Below, in pieces: positions 50,421 through 60,769 of a DNA stretch of 64,000 nt; the first letter of the stretch is position 1, and every line of letters begins with the position of its first letter. The translations under genes and the position numbers were made by a program. The notes under the pieces are model-generated. The model made no database searches and was not told the origin of the DNA. It worked only from the letters and a program-made list of their open reading frames with translations. The stretch lies in the IMG/VR virus record IMGVR_UViG_3300020196_000003, one strand, 5' to 3'. The stretch is from a virus.

Positions 50421-53318
50421 TTGGATAATATATCGTCTTTAGTTGAACACAAAGCTCTTGAACTACTTAACTCTTATAGTGGTGCAAATAACTATATACT
50501 TTTTTTAAAACAAAAAAAAGAAAACTCAAAAAAGTTTTATCCCACAAGGGCTCAGGCTGATTACATTGTCTCTTATTTTGAAACAACACCAAAGGTTGCA
50601 AGAAAATGGGTTGACTTAGACACTTATTTCTCTAAAAAGTTTGCTGAAGAAAAATATTTGCTAGAAATCCCAAATCAAATCTATGTTGAAAAAGTATTAG
50701 TTGAAAAAGAAAAGTCTTATCATATTTGGGGTAAGTTTTTTGAAAAGGATCAATTATCTGAATTTTGGGTTCCTAAATCTGCACTTATCAAAACACATAA
50801 CGTTCAGAGTGTTGAAATTGATTATTCTAAGTATTCTCATCGTCCTCCTCTAAATCACCAAAAAATTGCGATTGAAAAATTGGCAGGTTCAAAAAGATTT
50901 ATTTTGGCAGACGATATGGGACTTGGCAAAGCGGAATTCGTTGAAAACAGAGTATTTACCCCTAATGGTAGAAAAAAAATAGGGGATTTGATTGTTGGTG
51001 ATGAAGTAATTGGTAGTGATGGTAAAAAATGTTTAGTTAGAGGTGTTTATCCTCAAGGAATTAAAGATTTATATAGAGTCACGTTTAATGACGATTCTTC
51101 TGTTTTAGTTTCTAAAGAGCATTTATTTTCTGTTAAATCAAGAAGTTTTGGTGATAATACTAAAAATAAAAGAAATAAAGAATCTATTGTATTATCGGTT
51201 GAACAAATGTTAGACGAAAACTTAACTCTTGGGATTAATGGTTCACAGAATAATAAAAATAGGACATATAACTATAAAACATTTTTTAAAGAAAAAAATG
51301 GTAACAATAAATGGCAAATTCCTATTGTAAAACCAATAGAATTTAATCATAATAGTTTACCACTTAACCCATATTTATTAGGTCTTATTTTAGGTGATGG
51401 TGGTATAACACAAAAAGGTATTAGTTTTACAACAAAAGATGATGAAATTGTTGAGTATATTATAAATATTCTACCAAAAAATACACAAATTATCAAAAAT
51501 AATAATTCAAAGTATGGTTATAGAATAACAAAAATAAATGGACACAGAAATGAAGTTATACAAATTTTAAAAGAATTAAATTTAATGGGTTGTGGATCAG
51601 AAAATAAATTTATTCCAAACATATACAAATATTCATCAATTGAATCAAGATTAGAAATTATAAAAGGTTTGATGGATACTGATGGAACTTGTTCAGTTAG
51701 TAAAAAAGGGTGCTTTGAAGGGACTGAATTTTCAACAACATCTGAAAAATTATGTAATGATGTTATTGAAATTGTTAATAGTTTAGGTGGTATTGCAAGA
51801 AAAAAATCACGAAAACCTTGGTATAGACATAAAGGTATCAAAAAAGAAGGTAAAAAATCTTATAGGGTAAATATTAAATTACCAAAACATATGAATCCGT
51901 TCAAACTTAGAAGAAAATTTAATTTGTATAATAACCCAAAAAAATATAAAGTTGGTAGATATATCAAAGATATTAAATATGAAGGTGTTGGTGAAGCAGT
52001 TTGTATTTCTGTTAATTCACCAGATAAATTGTATGTTACTGAAAACGCTATTGTTACACATAATACAACATCAACAATAATCGCAGCACTTGAAACTCAG
52101 GCAAAAAAAATATTAATTGTTTGTCCGGCATCATTAAAAATAAATTGGCAAAGAGAAATTGAGAACTATTCAGATCGTTCCGTTTTTATTTGTGAAGGAA
52201 AAAAGTTTTCAACCGAACATGATTTTGTAATTATCAATTACGATATATTAAAAAACTTCCACGATCCAAAAAGTAAGGAATTAACTTTATTAGAACAATG
52301 TAATTTTGATTTGGTTATTTTGGATGAGGCACATATGATCTCGAACGCTCAAGCACAAAGAACAAAAATCATTAATAGTTTTGTTAAAAAAATTAATAGA
52401 GTATGGTTGTTAACTGGAACGCCGATGACTTCACGACCTATGAATTATTACAATCTTTTGAGTATCATCGAAAGCCCTGTTGCACAGAATTGGATGGCAT
52501 ACGCCATTCGATACTGCCAAGGGTATCAGTTTAAAGCGGGAAATAGAAAAGTATGGAATGTTACAGGAGCCTCTAACTTAGAAGAGTTAAGAGATCGAAC
52601 TTCTAAACAAATCCTTAGACGATTAAAAGAAGAAGTTTTAGACCTACCTGATAAAATTATTACACCTGTATACTTGAGATTACAATCAAAAGAATATGAA
52701 AATCTAATGGGCGAATACTATGATTGGTATGATAAAAATCCTGACGAATCATCATCACTTACCGTTCAGTTTTCAAAGTTAATGAAAGTTAGAAAAGTAA
52801 TTGCCAACGAAAAAACAAGACAAACTATTGAATTTGCCGAAAACATTTTAGAACAAGGGAAAAAAGTTATTATTTTTACAAACTTTACAGACTCACTCCA
52901 AACAATCTATCAACACTTTAGAAAACAAGCGGTTTATTTAGATGGTAGTTGTTCTAACTCAGTTCGTCAACAAGCTGTTGACCAATTTCAAACAGATGAA
53001 AAGATCAAAGTGTTTGTAGGAAATCTCAAAGCCGCAGGAGTTGGTTTGACATTAACGTCCGCTGAGGTTGTTATTATGAACGACCTTTCATTCGTACCGG
53101 CAGAACACTCACAAGCTGAAGACAGGGCTTACCGATACGGTCAGAAATCAAATGTATTAGTTTACTATCCTATTTTTGATAACACAATCGAAGCGGCGAT
53201 TTATGATATTTTAATTAAAAAGAAAGAAATCATAAGAACTGTAATGGGTGATCAAATACCTGAAAATGTAGGTGATGTTGCTGAAGAAATTCTTAACATG
53301 ATTCTTAAGTATAAATAA
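50421..53318 (+). CDS. SNF2-family (SMARCAL1/HARP-like) helicase precursor with intein; start probably TTG near 50421
   Basis: LADDMGLGK/T, VCPASLKINW, ILDEAH, LTGTP, GVGLTLT and QAEDRAYRYGQ. The longer ORF start at 50283 overlaps the opposite-strand neck gene. Confidence 0.9.
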   Translation: MDNISSLVEHKALELLNSYSGANNYILFLKQKKENSKKFYPTRAQADYIVSYFETTPKVARKWVDLDTYFSKKFAEEKYLLEIPNQIYVEKVLVEKEKSYHIWGKFFEKDQLSEFWVPKSALIKTHNVQSVEIDYSKYSHRPPLNHQKIAIEKLAGSKRFILADDMGLGKAEFVENRVFTPNGRKKIGDLIVGDEVIGSDGKKCLVRGVYPQGIKDLYRVTFNDDSSVLVSKEHLFSVKSRSFGDNTKNKRNKESIVLSVEQMLDENLTLGINGSQNNKNRTYNYKTFFKEKNGNNKWQIPIVKPIEFNHNSLPLNPYLLGLILGDGGITQKGISFTTKDDEIVEYIINILPKNTQIIKNNNSKYGYRITKINGHRNEVIQILKELNLMGCGSENKFIPNIYKYSSIESRLEIIKGLMDTDGTCSVSKKGCFEGTEFSTTSEKLCNDVIEIVNSLGGIARKKSRKPWYRHKGIKKEGKKSYRVNIKLPKHMNPFKLRRKFNLYNNPKKYKVGRYIKDIKYEGVGEAVCISVNSPDKLYVTENAIVTHNTTSTIIAALETQAKKILIVCPASLKINWQREIENYSDRSVFICEGKKFSTEHDFVIINYDILKNFHDPKSKELTLLEQCNFDLVILDEAHMISNAQAQRTKIINSFVKKINRVWLLTGTPMTSRPMNYYNLLSIIESPVAQNWMAYAIRYCQGYQFKAGNRKVWNVTGASNLEELRDRTSKQILRRLKEEVLDLPDKIITPVYLRLQSKEYENLMGEYYDWYDKNPDESSSLTVQFSKLMKVRKVIANEKTRQTIEFAENILEQGKKVIIFTNFTDSLQTIYQHFRKQAVYLDGSCSNSVRQQAVDQFQTDEKIKVFVGNLKAAGVGLTLTSAEVVIMNDLSFVPAEHSQAEDRAYRYGQKSNVLVYYPIFDNTIEAAIYDILIKKKEIIRTVMGDQIPENVGDVAEEILNMILKYK
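50931..52064 (+). mobile_element. Intein (378 aa) with LAGLIDADG homing endonuclease, inserted in Walker A
   Basis: Splits GLGK|T. Begins AEFVENRVFTPNG and ends AIVTHN before Thr; LAGLIDADG blocks LLGLILGDG and IIKGLMDTDG. Confidence 0.92.
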
Positions 53319-53364
53319 TTAATCAAATCTGTTTTAGTTTTTTTTTACTGAATATTTATCGTAA

Positions 53365-55506
53365 ATGAAAGTCTACATTAAATACGAAACTCCGGAATTA
53401 AAAAAAAACAAAGATTTTGTAGAAAAATTTATCAATTTTCTACAAAAAGAGTATCCTTTGAAAACAAATTTAAAATTAATGTTTTTAAATGATAGATATG
53501 GAAAAATGTCTACAGGAAGTAGAAGGGGGGACAATTTGATTAAAGTGCTAGCCAAAGGTAGACTAAACAGAGATATCATGAGAACTTTAGCACATGAATG
53601 GGTTCATGAATACCAAATGACAATTTTGAAAAGAAAACAAGGCCCAAATATTGGTGGAGTTAATGAAGATGAGGCAAACGCATTTGCTGGTCAAATTGTT
53701 AAAAAATTTGAAGAATCTTATCCTGAACTAGAATCAATAATGTATGAATCGAAATCAATTACAGGAAAATTAAATCTACTTACGGAACAAATGTTATTAA
53801 CTGAAAAAAATTTAATTAAGGATAAATTTATTTTGGAAATGAAAAAAATTGGGATTGATAAACTACCATATTCTTATTCATCTCTAAAAAAATTTATTGA
53901 TACAAAAACTATGGATATTCACTACAACAAACATTACAAAGGTTATGTTAATAAGTTGAATAAGTCTTTGAAAAACAAAGACGGTGACATGGAATTAGAA
54001 GAAATTATTAAATCTATAAGTAGATTCGACACTAAGGTTAGGAACAATGCTGGCGGTGCGTTTAATCATGCTTTGTTTTGGAAAATGTTATCGCCGAAAA
54101 AACAAATACCAAGAGGAGAGATATATAAACAAATAAAAAAAGATTTCGGAAATATTAAAAAAATGAAAGACGAATTCAATCAAGCAGCAAAAGATCGTTT
54201 TGGTTCTGGATGGGCTTGGTTATATCTTTCTAAAGATGGTAAATTAAAAATAATGTCTACCCCTAATCAAGATAACCCACTTATGAATGTTGTAAAAAAA
54301 GGAGGGTTTCCACTTTTAGGCTTGGATGTTTGGGAACACGCATATTATTTAAAATACCAAAACAAAAGAGATGAATATATTAATAATTTTTGGAATGTTG
54401 TAAATTGGGATTTTATTGAGGAGTTATATTTATCAAAAACAAAAAAAACAATCAAAGAAGATATTTTTAATAAAGGAGTCATTAACGAGATTAGTAAAAC
54501 TTTTGCATTCCCATATACCACAAAAGGCTTAAGAGAACTTATACATTCTCAATATGTTGGTTGTTACAATAAACAATATAAAAATGGTTGTCTAGGTAAA
54601 ATAGAAACAAAAAAATGTACAACTGAATTAGGGGTTTTAGGTGGTGATTATTCTGAAAAAAAATTCGGAGGTACTAGTCAGTGGTCGATAATTAATAGAT
54701 TCGATACTAATAGTCGTGTTAAAAAAGAAATCTATAATATATGGTTAGAAGAAACTCAAGGAGTAATCGACTTCAAAACATGGATCAAGGATCACGCATA
54801 TGATTTATTTGCGAACGATGGAATGTATTTAGATAGATTGGCAGAACCAAATATAGGAACTATTGAGATTGGTAAAGATAATGAAAGTTATGCAAAACAA
54901 ATAATTAGACAAATATACAATCTTAGTCCTGATCAAGAGGGTGTATCTTATGAATTATATGAACATTGTTCTGGCGATGTTAATGATAGAAAGAAAGGAC
55001 AAGATATTGTTTTAATTATAAAAGGGGGAGATACCATATATTTCCAAGTCAAACCTTTTTTAAATAAAAACAATGAAATTGAATATTTCGATGGTGGAGA
55101 TAGAGGGTATTATTTTAAAGTTTCATCATGGCATAGACAAACAAAATATAAAGGGGAAAATGTCGATGTAATTTTATATGTAGACAGAACCGAAAATAAA
55201 TATGTAATGTTTAGAAATGACCACAATAGAATGTTAACGATAAGTAACCCGAAAACACAACCGCCTTACTTTATTTATTATTATGAAATGCCGCTACAAA
55301 GTAATTTTGAAATTCCTATACAAAAAGAAATTTCTAAAATACCTGTCAAAAATTCAATATCTAGAGACGTTAAAAAAGAAATTGACTTTTATAAAGAAAG
55401 AATTAAATATTTTACCAACAAAATAAAAGAACTTGGGGGTGAAAATCAAGAAATAAGAAAACTAGTAGAATTATATAAAAAAAATTTAAACAAGATAATA
55501 ATATAG
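53365..55506 (+). CDS. Multidomain protein: HExxH peptidase-like domain, Fe/Mn superoxide dismutase, putative PD-(D/E)XK-like domain
   Basis: TLAHEWVH...EDEAN; SOD motifs LPY, HYNKH..YV, GGAFNHALFW, FGSGWAWL, NQD and DVWEHAYY; C-terminal GQDIVL...YFQVK. Confidence 0.8.
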   Translation: MKVYIKYETPELKKNKDFVEKFINFLQKEYPLKTNLKLMFLNDRYGKMSTGSRRGDNLIKVLAKGRLNRDIMRTLAHEWVHEYQMTILKRKQGPNIGGVNEDEANAFAGQIVKKFEESYPELESIMYESKSITGKLNLLTEQMLLTEKNLIKDKFILEMKKIGIDKLPYSYSSLKKFIDTKTMDIHYNKHYKGYVNKLNKSLKNKDGDMELEEIIKSISRFDTKVRNNAGGAFNHALFWKMLSPKKQIPRGEIYKQIKKDFGNIKKMKDEFNQAAKDRFGSGWAWLYLSKDGKLKIMSTPNQDNPLMNVVKKGGFPLLGLDVWEHAYYLKYQNKRDEYINNFWNVVNWDFIEELYLSKTKKTIKEDIFNKGVINEISKTFAFPYTTKGLRELIHSQYVGCYNKQYKNGCLGKIETKKCTTELGVLGGDYSEKKFGGTSQWSIINRFDTNSRVKKEIYNIWLEETQGVIDFKTWIKDHAYDLFANDGMYLDRLAEPNIGTIEIGKDNESYAKQIIRQIYNLSPDQEGVSYELYEHCSGDVNDRKKGQDIVLIIKGGDTIYFQVKPFLNKNNEIEYFDGGDRGYYFKVSSWHRQTKYKGENVDVILYVDRTENKYVMFRNDHNRMLTISNPKTQPPYFIYYYEMPLQSNFEIPIQKEISKIPVKNSISRDVKKEIDFYKERIKYFTNKIKELGGENQEIRKLVELYKKNLNKIII

Positions 55507-55535
55507 TTCAAAGATATTTATATAAAAAATATTTT

Positions 55536-56663
55536 ATGGCAATAATCAATGAACCCGAAAGAAGTGAGTTTTATCAAAAGGTAAGACATCTTTTAGGTGC
55601 CCCATTAAGATCCGTGGAATTGGAGGACGAAATGATGGATACTTTATTAGAATATTCAATAGACGACTATTCTCAATACGTACAAGATTGGTTAATTGAA
55701 TCTCAATGGACATCATTGTATAATTTGAATCTTGACACTCAATCTTTATCAAGAGCTTTCATTACTAAAAGTTTAGATTTTGAAACAAGATACACTTTTG
55801 CCTATTCAAAAATTGTTGGGTTACAAGCTGGAGGTGATTGGGAAATTAAAAAAGATTACGTTCAGTTAGTTCCAAATCAACAAATATATGAAATACCGGC
55901 CGGCAGAGAAATTAATGAGGTTCTTTGGTTTACACCATCTACATTGAACAATCTAATGTTTGGTTTAGGAGGATTTGCAGGAATTGGTACTGGAACAGGT
56001 TTAGGAGGAGGGGGTGGTCTTGCCCAAATCGGTAACATGGCAGGAAGTTATTATTTAACACCCGCATTTGATACTTTGTTAAGGATGCAAGAAGTTAATA
56101 TCCAAAGAAGAATTTATGCGGGTGATTTAACTTATTATATAACGGCTTTACCAGATGGTAAAAAAGCTTTACATCTTTTGAACACACCAGGTGGTAAATT
56201 TGACTTTGGAAACGCTGAATTGGCGAAAGGGCAAGTATGGTATTGGTATTATGACACATCACAAGGGGATAGAGACAAATGTTTGGCAGACAATCCCGAT
56301 ATTGTTTTGTTGCCATCAGATGTTCCTTTTAATAAAATATCTTGGTACAAGTTAAATAATCCCGCACAAGTTTGGGTTAGAAAATGGTTTGTGGCATATT
56401 GTAAAGAAACATTAGCAAGAGTTCGTGGAAAGTTTAGTGGTAGTTTAAAAACCCCTGACGGAGATCTTACTATGGATTACACCACTTTAGCGACTGAAGG
56501 TAAAGATGAAAAGTTAAAACTAATCGAAGAACTGACAGGCGCAGATGGAAGACTTACAAGACTTCGTCCTGAAAAAGTTATGGAAAAAGAGGCATTATTA
56601 GCGGAAAATCTAAACAAAACTCTTAAATTTAGAGCTATGCCTCGTCAGATATATGTAATATAA
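55536..56663 (+). CDS. Neck / head-tail adaptor (gp13-like)
   Basis: LLGAPLRSVEL N-terminus and WVRKW..A.CKE.L..VRGKFSG...TPDG..T.D C-terminus. Confidence 0.75.
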   Translation: MAIINEPERSEFYQKVRHLLGAPLRSVELEDEMMDTLLEYSIDDYSQYVQDWLIESQWTSLYNLNLDTQSLSRAFITKSLDFETRYTFAYSKIVGLQAGGDWEIKKDYVQLVPNQQIYEIPAGREINEVLWFTPSTLNNLMFGLGGFAGIGTGTGLGGGGGLAQIGNMAGSYYLTPAFDTLLRMQEVNIQRRIYAGDLTYYITALPDGKKALHLLNTPGGKFDFGNAELAKGQVWYWYYDTSQGDRDKCLADNPDIVLLPSDVPFNKISWYKLNNPAQVWVRKWFVAYCKETLARVRGKFSGSLKTPDGDLTMDYTTLATEGKDEKLKLIEELTGADGRLTRLRPEKVMEKEALLAENLNKTLKFRAMPRQIYVI

Positions 56664-56667
56664 TTTT

Positions 56668-57015
56668 ATGGCAATCGTAAGAAAAAAACCAATCAGAAAA
56701 ACAGTTTTTAGAGGTGATAGATCATTGAATTTGGACACGTTTGACACAATAATTACGAGTGAAAATTTTTACAAAACTAATGGTGAAAACTTAATAATAG
56801 TTAAAGATGTAAATATTTGTAAAATTAAATTAGACTCTACTACAACAGATACTATAAAAATAAAAACCTTGACTAACTGTACCATAATTCCTGACATAAA
56901 TAGAATAGATGAGGAATGGGATGAAATATCAGTCGGTAAAGGAGCTTGTGTTGAGTTACAAAATGTTAACGGTGTTTGGTACATCCTATCTTCTGACGGA
57001 GTAAAACTTGAGTAG
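56668..57015 (+). CDS. Hypothetical beta-rich protein
   Basis: 115-aa ORF after the neck gene; its 3' end overlaps the polymerase 3' end by 30 nt. Confidence 0.6.
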   Translation: MAIVRKKPIRKTVFRGDRSLNLDTFDTIITSENFYKTNGENLIIVKDVNICKIKLDSTTTDTIKIKTLTNCTIIPDINRIDEEWDEISVGKGACVELQNVNGVWYILSSDGVKLE

Positions 57016-59805
57016 GTCATTTTCAGGAACATAACTCAACATTGTTTTATCGGCATTTTTGTACATGTGATATGGAGTTTCATTAACTCTATTCCAAAAT
57101 GACATTTCTTCATCTGATATTTCCATTACATCTTCCAACTTGTCTTGATCACCCTCATCGAAAGGTTGCCCATTTATTAGTTCACATTGGTCTTTAGTGA
57201 AGAAAGGTCTATCTTCAGGATTCTTTACTAATAATCCGTTTCTTACTTCTTGTTTAAATACAACAAGTAATGGTTCAACTCTTTTATTAAATGTTAAAAT
57301 TGCTCTTTGGATATTGTATTGACCTTTCATTGCTGGGTTGTTTTCTAAATCCGAAGGGTCAATACGATAACAATTTAACTGAATTATAGAATCTAAGTTA
57401 TCAGGAATACTTCCACCGTAAGTATCGATATGTTCTTGTGACCAACCTTTTTTTGGTCTGTTAACTTTCTGAACATCTCCGTGCGATGCTTTTGTTGCGT
57501 TGTTTACATAAAAGATTACATCACCAAGATTAATATTAAGACCTTCTTTTATTGCAAGTTCCATATGTGCTTGACGAGACATTAAACTTCCTGCCTTTGT
57601 AGTTTGTTTACTACGAATGATATACTCGTCAATACTTTGTTTTACTTTAGCTTTGTTTGCAATATCCATAAGAGGTATTTGTAAATCAAATATTTGTTGT
57701 ACATATTCATAGTACCATTCCACAAACTCTTGTCCTTTACCATCAAGAAGTAATTTGATTCCTTTATCCAAGAATTTCTCAATATAGATTGGCATTTTTT
57801 TAGATTTGATTGAGTTACCTGTAAGTTTGATTTTACCTTTTGCGGTCATAAGAGCGTAGTTCTTACGAGCTAAGTTTATACATGCAGGCCATTGACCATC
57901 AGTATCAAGAGCCATCTCACCTCTCATTGCAAGATCGTTAAACTCCATTACATCAGCTTCCTCACCGAAATATTCTCCACCTTCTTTGACTTTCCAGTTC
58001 AGACCTTTACCAACATATTTTCTTTCTTCAACACCTTCAGGAACCGAAAAGTTAATACCGTCCGTGTCCATTACAAGAGGTGTATAACCACGATCCATAA
58101 AGAAATGAATCATCATACGAAGATACTGACGACCTGTGCAAGTAATCATCTCACCTTTGTCCATATCACCCCAATGAAAAACTTGTGGAGCCGACAAGGC
58201 ACCAAACATAGAGTTAATAAAAATCTTGATCGGTAATTGTTTTCGGTCATACGAAGTTGATTTCTTTTTATCGATCGTTGCATATTCCTCGGCCATTTGT
58301 TTGTATTTAATACGAGTATTACGGAAGTATGATAATAAACCTTTCATTGCGCCTGTTACATCACACTCGGGGAATACATCGTGTACCAACTGAATAGAAG
58401 GGTATAGAGATGAGTAGTCGAGTTTTAATACATTCTTCGAATAACCTGTTCGGATCAAACGAGAAAGTCCGCCTACGAAGTTCCCTTTGTCGTTTTTTGC
58501 AGGAATCGCAAGTGCATGTTTATAAGACCAAGCTAACATCAACATTTTCCATAATGTTGCAGTTCCCATAGTTGAAACCCTTTCATATGTTGTTGGAAGA
58601 AGTGATGCCAACAAAAAAGATCCTTGATTGAATTCTTCGTCAACCAATAGAGTTTCTTCTAAGTCATCGTCAAGATAACGCTCAATAATGTCGGCACCTG
58701 TTGTTTTAATATAAACATTCGGGTGTCTACCGCAAACTTCATCAATCTTTGAATCTATACCAACTTTTTTGTATTTACCATTTTCAATATTTAACCAATA
58801 CTCCTCCTTCTTCCGATACATAGATCCAATTTTATTATGTTCAACATAAATACGATCAGGGGATTCAGCCTCAATATATTTGGTAATATACTTCAAACCT
58901 GCTTCTTTGATGTTTGAATTAATTGCTTGAGCTCTTCTAACTGAATGCAGAATATCAATAATGTTATAACCCCACATTTGAGTTTGAGTAAACTTCTCTA
59001 CTTCGTTTGCAAGTTTCAACATTGACTCTTTTTGTGAAATAGATTTCTCAGGGTTAAACGATTTGGCAACTCGTTTAATATCAAGATTTAAAATTTTACA
59101 TCTTTCATAAATCCAATACCAGTCAAAGTTAAATGAGTTGTATCCTGAAAGAATGGAAGGTTTTTGTTCCTCAATAATATTAAAGAACTCCGTAATACCT
59201 CTACGTTCTTCGTCTTCATTAGCACATTCAATAACTTTTTTAAATCCTTTATTTGTTTTAATTCCGATCATGAAGATACGACCATCCTTGGGCTCAAGTG
59301 AGGTAGTTTCAAGGTCAAATACCATTCTCGTAATGTCGTTGTATTCTTCGAAACCTTTAAATAATCTTTTTTCTTTTGATATGAGGTATTGTTCAACGGG
59401 AGGTAATACCATTATGAGGTCTCTTACATTTTCACCCCAAGGGTCTACTCCACCTTCTCTAAAGAACTGAATGAGGTTTCTATAACCTTTCATAGATTTT
59501 ACAAGAAATGTTAAACCACGTTCTAAACGATCATTACCGTCAGTTCGTAGTTTTTCAATTATTATACCATGTTTGGTCATGGCTTCTTTTTGTAATGTCT
59601 TAGATTTCGAATAGAAGTTGAGATTTCGTAGATCACCCACCCAAGCAAAAGATACTAAAGTATCTAGTTGGATCTGTTTTCCTTTATTAGGAACTTCTTT
59701 TATTTTGAAAATCTTGTCTGTTAGATAATCGTATTCTACTGATACGATGAATTCTTCAGGATCATTACCCTGAAGAAATTGTTCTATTTCTTCTTGTGAT
59801 ATCAT
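56986..59805 (-). CDS. Family B DNA polymerase
   Basis: ExoI FDLETT, ExoII GYNSFNFD, motif A LDYSSLYPS, motif B K..INSMFG and motif C MDTDG. Confidence 0.95.
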   Translation of the reverse strand: MISQEEIEQFLQGNDPEEFIVSVEYDYLTDKIFKIKEVPNKGKQIQLDTLVSFAWVGDLRNLNFYSKSKTLQKEAMTKHGIIIEKLRTDGNDRLERGLTFLVKSMKGYRNLIQFFREGGVDPWGENVRDLIMVLPPVEQYLISKEKRLFKGFEEYNDITRMVFDLETTSLEPKDGRIFMIGIKTNKGFKKVIECANEDEERRGITEFFNIIEEQKPSILSGYNSFNFDWYWIYERCKILNLDIKRVAKSFNPEKSISQKESMLKLANEVEKFTQTQMWGYNIIDILHSVRRAQAINSNIKEAGLKYITKYIEAESPDRIYVEHNKIGSMYRKKEEYWLNIENGKYKKVGIDSKIDEVCGRHPNVYIKTTGADIIERYLDDDLEETLLVDEEFNQGSFLLASLLPTTYERVSTMGTATLWKMLMLAWSYKHALAIPAKNDKGNFVGGLSRLIRTGYSKNVLKLDYSSLYPSIQLVHDVFPECDVTGAMKGLLSYFRNTRIKYKQMAEEYATIDKKKSTSYDRKQLPIKIFINSMFGALSAPQVFHWGDMDKGEMITCTGRQYLRMMIHFFMDRGYTPLVMDTDGINFSVPEGVEERKYVGKGLNWKVKEGGEYFGEEADVMEFNDLAMRGEMALDTDGQWPACINLARKNYALMTAKGKIKLTGNSIKSKKMPIYIEKFLDKGIKLLLDGKGQEFVEWYYEYVQQIFDLQIPLMDIANKAKVKQSIDEYIIRSKQTTKAGSLMSRQAHMELAIKEGLNINLGDVIFYVNNATKASHGDVQKVNRPKKGWSQEHIDTYGGSIPDNLDSIIQLNCYRIDPSDLENNPAMKGQYNIQRAILTFNKRVEPLLVVFKQEVRNGLLVKNPEDRPFFTKDQCELINGQPFDEGDQDKLEDVMEISDEEMSFWNRVNETPYHMYKNADKTMLSYVPENDLLKFYSVRR

Positions 59806-59830
59806 ACTTATTTACTTTTGGTGTATTAGC

Positions 59831-59848
59831 TGTCGAATAAGGTCGACA
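59831..59848 (-). promoter_or_regulatory. Hairpin in polymerase 5' leader
   Basis: - strand TGTCGA-CCTTAT-TCGACA, 25 nt upstream of the ATG. Confidence 0.4.
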
Positions 59849-59889
59849 TTTACCTTCGTAAATAAATATAGGAGTAATAATTACTCTTA

Positions 59890-60732
59890 TCAACAGATAT
59901 AAGTAGAATCTTGCATTACACCATTAAGAATTAAAAATACGTTATAACTTCCACCCTGCCACATAACAAAATAACCCGTATCTTCCGTAGAAAAACAAGT
60001 TTTGTCATTTGAATACAGAAGGTCTCCAACGATCAATTGCTGACTATTAGTATATCTGTCATAGTATCCATTTACACTATCAGTCCCTGCTTCCAAACCA
60101 TTGAGGGCTAAACAGGCTAATATGGTGTTATTTCGGAAGTCACCAAAATTTGTTGTACTATAAACAAGTTGATTATAAAACTGATGTACACAAACAGGTT
60201 GATTCGGTGTCTGTGTGGGAGTTGGGGTTAAAGTTGGTGTCGGAGTAACAGTCATGGTTGGTGTAACACTTATTTCTGGTTCATTAGTTGGTGTGGGTGT
60301 TGGTGTTGGAAATGGGGTTGTACAACAACTATACTCTAAAGTATAACAAGGATTATAAAGGATATCAATCGAGTTAAAACTTTCAACAACATTTATATAT
60401 AGATTTTCTCTAACAGGTAGCACTAAAGTTCCCGTTTCATTAATAAAAACAAATTGACCCTCATACCTACCTATTTTCGAAGTGTCTTGAGGCGTAAATT
60501 TGTAATATATATAAAACTCGGCCGAAGCATTAGGATCCATTTCTAACTTTTCTACAAAACCAGCACTTTTAGTTAAAATTTTTGGAATTCCATTTTCGGT
60601 ACTCACCATTGAAAAAAAAACAGATGAGGTTTCAATAAATTTCATCATAGAATCAAAATCTTGCGTCCCGTTTTTGACAACTTGCATTTTGAGTAAAGGT
60701 AAACTTGTATTTTGTCCTATTGTGAATTCCAT
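59890..60732 (-). CDS. Virion protein: BppU-like N-domain, Pro/Thr linker, variable C-domain (start revised to MEFTIGQN)
   Basis: N-terminus aligns with the neighbour's MEFFIRKN; TATTTAT lies just upstream of 60732; contains a TPTPTPT tract. Confidence 0.65.
   Translation of the reverse strand: MEFTIGQNTSLPLLKMQVVKNGTQDFDSMMKFIETSSVFFSMVSTENGIPKILTKSAGFVEKLEMDPNASAEFYIYYKFTPQDTSKIGRYEGQFVFINETGTLVLPVRENLYINVVESFNSIDILYNPCYTLEYSCCTTPFPTPTPTPTNEPEISVTPTMTVTPTPTLTPTPTQTPNQPVCVHQFYNQLVYSTTNFGDFRNNTILACLALNGLEAGTDSVNGYYDRYTNSQQLIVGDLLYSNDKTCFSTEDTGYFVMWQGGSYNVFLILNGVMQDSTYIC
60202..60320 (-). repeat. Pro/Thr mucin-like linker
   Basis: TPFPTPTPTPTNEPEISVTPTMTVTPTPTLTPTPTQTP. Confidence 0.85.
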
Positions 60733-60769
60733 CCGAACTTTTTTAATAAATACCTTGTTTTTAATTTCA

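Noticed and set aside
4955-58236. Many short ORFs antisense to or nested in long genes (e.g. 4955-5215, 27605-27967, 42013-42678, 51518-51841, 57892-58236)
   Set aside because: They lie wholly within well-supported genes, show no recognisable motifs, and look like codon-bias shadows.
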